This document shows positions 9,501 through 13,596 of a stretch of 13,596 nt of DNA, in pieces. This DNA comes from Fonticula alba ATCC 38817 (Eukaryota; Protista; Nucleariida): the NCBI GenBank assembly GCA_000388065.2, contig KB932205.1; one strand, written 5' to 3'. The notes beneath the pieces were generated by a model. The model was not told the DNA's origin. It did not search any database and saw only the letters and a list, made by a program, of their open reading frames with translations. Both the position numbers and the translations under genes were made by a program. Position 1 is the stretch's first letter; the number at the start of each line of letters is the position of its first letter.

Positions 9501-11044
9501 GATGGTCCCCCCTCCGCGCCCCGTCCACAGCTCTCGAAGGAGGCCAACTCCATGTCCAGCGAGGAGCGCGCGCATCTCAAGCGCAAGCAGTTCAAGCTCC
9601 GGTAGGCGACCCTCCTCCCTGCTGTGGCATGGGCCGGGGTCGGCTCAGGTCGACCCCCGGATGGCTCTTGTCTCCCTTTGTATCACTATCGCTTCCCCTC
9701 ACACACACACATCGTACATACGCTTGGGCATGCAGTTCCAGAAGACCACTCGACGCTTCGTGCCTGAGGCGGCCACCTTTGTTACGCGCCTGCTGAATAG
9801 CCTGCATGAGGAGTGCTCCGCCTGGGCTGACACCACCAGTGTCGCGCTCGAGGTGGATGCCGAGTATTCGCAGTCCTGGCCGCGCCTTCTGTCGCACAGC
9901 GTCCCGGCCGACAAGGTCGCCGCGCACCGGTACGCTCGCCCCTCCTTTCGCGCGCGCGCGCGCGAGGCACAGCAGGGAAGATGCTCCTCTGTCTCCCTTC
10001 TGCCTCTCTCCCTCTTCGGCCCTTTGGCCGCTTTCCCGCCGGTTCGGACACTTGGCCCTGACCCATGTTCCTCCCATCAGTGGAGCCCTTCTGCGCATTG
10101 CATTGGAGATCCTCTACGAGCAGGCCACCCTCCTGTCGACAACCATGAGTCTGCCGGTGATCGTGCACCCGATGATCGAGACCCTGAAGAAGTTCGCCCC
10201 GGATGCCGGGAATGCCGGCTGGCTGCCCGAGTCGCTGGCCCAGCGTGCCGGCCACATTCTCAAGCAAATCCAGTTCCTGTCGGACTCGGTGGTGGCGTCG
10301 CGCCTGCCGCTCATGTGGCAGCGCCACCGTGCGGTGGCCATCAAGACTCGCGCGCCGCGTATCGAGAAGTCGTGCGTGTTGCAATCCGTTGGGCTTTTTT
10401 TTTCCTTTGTGCTCCAGGGCGCTTCGCCGGCCCCTTCCTGCGCGGGGCCTGGAACTTACCCGATCCCATGTCGTTGTTTGCCCTTGGACGTGTCGATTTC
10501 TTCCTCCCTCCTTCTGTCTCCCCCCTCTCCGGTGGCCCAGTTACCGTGTTGGTCAGCGCCGCGACCCGAACCCCGAGCGCCAGGAGGCCAAGAAGCTGGC
10601 ATACGAGCTGCGCACGGTCCGGCGTGGTGCCACTCGCGAGCTCCGCCGCGATGCGGCCTTCCTCTCGCGGGTCAAGCGCGACGAGGTTATCAAGAGCGAT
10701 CGCGAGTACAAGGAGAAGATCAAGTCCATCTACTCGTCGGTGCGTGCCCTCTGTCGTCTTCTTCCCGGCTCCTCGCCCCCTTTTAGCCTACACCCGCGCT
10801 AGAGCGGGTCTTTCCTTCGCTTCTTTGCCCCTATCTCCTCTCCCCTTTCTCTCTCTCTTTCTCTCTCTCTCTTTCCCTCTTTCCTTCTCTCCCTCTCTCT
10901 CTCCATCGCCTGTGTCTCCTCTGCTTCCACTGTGATACTGATGGTCCCCCCTCCGCGCCCCGTCCACAGCTCTCGAAGGAGGCCAACTCCATGTCCAGCG
11001 AGGAGCGCGCGCATCTCAAGCGCAAGCAGTTCAAGCTCCGGTAG
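6266..11044 (+). CDS. NOP14: Nucleolar protein 14 (SSU processome); exons 6266-6339, 6527-6698, 6814-6948, 7160-8091, 8230-8930, 9141-9325, 9736-9929, 10081-10371, 10541-10739, 10970-11044 (985 aa)
   Basis: Nine GT-AG introns with matching phases; total 2958 nt (3n); stop TAG 11042-11044. Characteristic Nop14 motifs are present: LTRLKHSLRE, NPFERKVTKTKFEVLGR, RKETLLVEY...FKDRRFGE..ANMTEEDRMLERF..ERQ, FNL...THGG.SL, RTRREIMQEIIEKSK, ELPFTF, IFPTSDFRHPVATP, RRFVPEA, DPNPERQEAKKL and RGATRELRRDAAF. Confidence 0.95.
6445..6502 (+). repeat. (GT)29 microsatellite in NOP14 intron 1
   Basis: Direct reading; ends 24 nt before the acceptor at 6526. Confidence 0.95.
7094..7121. other. Assembly gap (N run, end approximate) inside NOP14 intron 3
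   Basis: Ns flanked by C runs. Confidence 1.
8250..8412 (+). repeat. Coding low-complexity GAY/GAG tract (poly-Asp/Glu) within NOP14
   Basis: Encodes EDEDGHSDDDDDDDDGDDDDDDDDDDGDDDEEEEDGDSDDDSEAISSDEEEEE. Acidic central regions are usual in Nop14. Confidence 0.9.
9448..9694 (+). repeat. Exact 247-bp copy of 10887-11133 (NOP14 last-intron 3' end, last exon and start of 3' UTR) inside NOP14 intron 6
   Basis: Base-by-base identity at constant offset 1439. It includes acceptor CAG 9528-9530 and the exon copy 9531-9605 with its TAG. Confidence 0.95.
9948..9965. repeat. T(CG)8A perfect 18-bp palindrome in NOP14 intron 7 (repeated in the duplicate near 13529-13546)
   Basis: Direct reading: tcgcgcgcgcgcgcgcga. 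Confidence 0.9.
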
Positions 11045-11935
11045 GCGACCCTCCTCCCTGCTGTGGCATGGGCCGGGGTCGGCTCAGGTCGACCCCCGGA
11101 TGGCTCTTGTCTCCCTTTGTATCACTATCGCTTGGGCTTGGCGCGCCATGCTGGCGGTTGTCAGGCCCCTTTCCCTGTTCACTTATAGAATCTCAAAGCC
11201 ACTTGATATTGTGTGTGTTTTTCTTGCTCCCTCCCTCCTTTCCCAGGTGTTTGCGTCCGGGGCGGGGCGGCCAGTGTTGTACAAAGGTGCGGTGGCCCCC
11301 CTCTTTCCTCTCAGCTGCACATGCGATCCGAGTGTGGGGCATTGTGGCACAAGGTGAATCGGAGTTTGTATTTTGGGGGGAGGGAGGGGGGGGGGGGGGC
11401 AGGGTGAAGTAACAAGCGATGCCTGACCGAACGGGCGGCGTGCGAGGTGCGTGTGTTGGTTTTGTAGATGAAGCAGGCAGATGATACGGGGAGAGAGGGA
11501 GAGCCGCCGTGAGGCGGGAAGGGCTTTGAGGAAGCACAAGGACAGAGGGGAGAGAGGGGGGGGGAGGGGATGAGCGAAGAAGAGGATAGCAAGTGGGGCG
11601 GAGGTAGAAATACAGCGGCCTTCAACAGAAAGGAGCAGGAAAGGAGGGGGAGGAGGGGGGGGGGGGGGAGAAAGAGGTAAAACCAGCGCGGGGGAGCCGA
11701 AAAGGACAGCACCCGCGCGCACCGCGAGCCATGTGGGAAGGAGGGGAGGAGGACCAAAAGGATGGGGGAGTCATGAGGAGGAAAGCACATGCAACCAGCT
11801 CAATGGCCTTGTCCCGTTCGATGGTCCATCCTGCGCCTGGCCCAGGGGGACTCTATGGTGCGGCACCCCGCGCTCTCGGCGGACCCCCCGGATGATCTGC
11901 CTGCTGGGGGGGGGGGGAGGGGGGATGTGTGCGGA

Positions 11936-11969
11936 CATGGGCAAGTGCATGGGCAAGTGCATGGGCAAG
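11936..11969. repeat. 12-bp tandem repeat CATGGGCAAGTG x2.8
   Basis: Units at 11936-11947, 11948-11959 and 11960-11969 (partial). Confidence 0.9.
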
Positions 11970-12131
11970 GGTGCTCGTGGAGGGCGGCGGGCATGTGTGT
12001 CACACCCTCAGCGCCCATGCACGAGAGCACATTTGCCCGCATGGAGGGAGGGGAGGGGGGAGGAGAAGAGGGGAGGGTGAACATGCACATAGCGGCACAC
12101 GGCCGGAGGGAGCGCCCGGGGGCCCACCCTC

Positions 12132-12841
12132 TCAATAGAGCAGGGCCTTGGCCAGGGAGGCCGGGGCCACCGGGCCCTCGGCAGTGGCCGTGGCCAGGGT
12201 GATGGAGAACCAGCCAGCATCCGCGGAGGACTGGTCCTCGTCGACGGGGCTGTCGGTCCCATCGCCGGTGCTCTGGTCCTCCTCCTCCTCCTCGTGGCGC
12301 GGAACCATGAACATCTGAAGCATGCGCCCAGTACGCGGCTCATAGGCCAACAGCAGGCCGGAAGTGGTGGCCGCCAGCAGGACATTCTTGTGGAAGGTGA
12401 GCGACACGAAGTTGGCCACCGGGTTGATTTCAAAGTCGGCAGTCGCATCGCCAGCCAGCTCGCCATTGAGCGACGGCAGGGCCGCCGTCCAGAGGTGCGT
12501 GCCGTCGGCAAGCGACACGGCCAGGATGCGGTTGCGCAGAGCAGCGAACACCTGCGGGGTGTGGTCCGGCGCCGGCGAGCAGACGATGATCGAGGCCACT
12601 GACCCTTCAGAGGCCCCCTCACAGCGGATGGACCACATGGTGTCCAGGGTCTCGGGGTCCAGGCGAGCCAGGACCTGGTCCTGCCAGATGATAAGAGGCA
12701 CCGTGGCCGGAGTGGAGGCAGTCGGATCGGCCGCCGGCGTCGGCATCAAGGCCTGCTGCGCAAAGCTAGTCGAGGGGGTGATCAGCGTGTGACGGGTCTG
12801 CATGCCGAGAGTGCCGTCGCGTTCGATCTGCTGGATGAGGC
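12132..12841 (-). CDS. PQQ-like (quinoprotein-type) beta-propeller repeat protein, 5'-partial exon
   Basis: Acceptor CACAG ends at 12842, and the frame is open with strong G/C third-position bias to TGA 12134-12132. Three blade-like repeats: LARLDPETLDTMWS, ILAVSLADGTHLWT, LLAYEPRTGRMLQM. An acidic linker EEEEEDQ follows. Upstream exons are lost at the gap, and the 3' end is uncertain. Confidence 0.6.
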
Positions 12842-12865
12842 CTGTGTGTGTGTGGGGGGGGGGGG

Positions 12866-12923
12866 NNNNNNNNNNNNNNNNNNNNNNNNNNNNNNNNNNN
12901 NNNNNNNNNNNNNNNNNNNNNNN
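12866..12923. other. Assembly gap (N run); probable mis-join point
   Basis: Ns follow a G run. The left side is an intron of the minus-strand gene and the right side is a NOP14 duplicate. Confidence 1.
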
Positions 12924-13596
12924 TCCGGCGCCCATGCTCGCAGTCATGCCGAACCAGTTCCACGCGCTCTTCTACCAGATGATGGGGTACATTTTCCCAA
13001 CCTCGGATTTCCGTCACCCGGTGGCCACGCCCCTGCAGCTGCTCATGGGCCAGTCTCTGGTCTTCGGCGCCAGCCGGTCCCTCTACGAGCGGAGTGTGGG
13101 CATCTTCATGTGCGCGCAGTTTGTCGAGGTGCGTGCGCGTGCTGCTGCGCCAATGTTGTCTGTTCTTGCCCGCCTTCCCGTTCGCCGGCTGTGTGCTTTC
13201 TCCCCGGCCACCGCCATGTCTTCTCTCCTCCTCTCCGCCTCCCTCCCTCCCTCTCCCTCTCTCTCTCTCTCTCTTCCCCTCACACACACACATCGTACAT
13301 ACGCTTGGGCATGCAGTTCCAGAAGACCACTCGACGCTTCGTGCCTGAGGCGGCCACCTTTGTTACGCGCCTGCTGAATAGCCTGCATGAGGAGTGCTCC
13401 GCCTGGGCTGACACCACCAGTGTCGCGCTCGAGGTGGATGCCGAGTATTCGCAGTCCTGGCCGCGCCTTCTGTCGCACAGCGTCCCGGCCGACAAGGTCG
13501 CCGCGCACCGGTACGCTCGCCCCTCCTTTCGCGCGCGCGCGCGCGAGGCACAGCAGGGAAGATGCTCCTCTGTCTCCCTTCTGCCTCTCTCCCTCT
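12924..13596 (+). repeat. Second identical copy of NOP14 exon 6 (12944-13128) and exon 7 (13317-13510) with flanks, lacking the intron-6 insert; probable haplotig or mis-scaffolded contig
   Basis: Identical to 9121-9463 (offset 3803) and to 9692-10015 (offset 3581), with no substitutions seen. It starts right after an N gap. Its intron 6 is 188 nt versus 410 nt in the first copy. Confidence 0.93.

Noticed and set aside
9493-9686. 7-bp inverted repeat GTGATAC/GTATCAC near the ends of the duplicated segment, suggesting a MITE
   Set aside because: It is not terminal, there is no target-site duplication, it is also present in the source copy, and the segment is simply NOP14 sequence.
8962-10935. 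657-aa ORF on the + strand
   Set aside because: It runs through A-poor introns. Only 9736-9929 is real coding in that frame.
11311-11430. Possible terminal exon on the minus strand (…KYKLRFTLCHNAPHSDRMCS*)
   Set aside because: It is interrupted by a C run, has no clean acceptor in phase with upstream exons, and shows no recognisable motif.
1-13596. tRNA, rRNA, CRISPR, transposase or prokaryotic operon
   Set aside because: No cloverleaf or T-loop context, rRNA motif, repeat-spacer array or transposase/RT motif was found. The genes are intron-containing and eukaryotic.

Overview
This is eukaryotic genomic DNA, not prokaryotic: coding exons have high GC at third codon positions, and introns are 100-230 nt GT-AG spliceosomal introns rich in C/T and microsatellites. 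It is a draft assembly with four N gaps. Four genes can be reconstructed by hand, with exon phases consistent at every junction. (1) A 5'-truncated TMEM104-like amino-acid transporter (+, 105-1996). (2) A divergent SNAPC1/SNAP43 snRNA-activating complex subunit (-, 2566-5023, about 694 aa) that the ORF track splits into four pieces. (3) A complete 10-exon NOP14 (+, 6266-11044, 985 aa), head-to-head with SNAPC1. (4) An exon of a PQQ-like beta-propeller protein (-, 12132-12841) whose upstream part is lost at a gap. There are two exact duplications. A 247-bp copy of the NOP14 last exon with its acceptor sits inside NOP14 intron 6 and is in phase with exon 6. A second copy of NOP14 exons 6-7 lacking that insert follows the last gap. 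Both are most likely assembly artefacts but are testable. The style (GC-rich, GTGCGT donors, C-rich introns) resembles a protist such as Paratrimastix; this is an impression only and was not verified. No rRNA, tRNA, CRISPR array or transposon could be supported, and I found no convincing novel multi-gene system.
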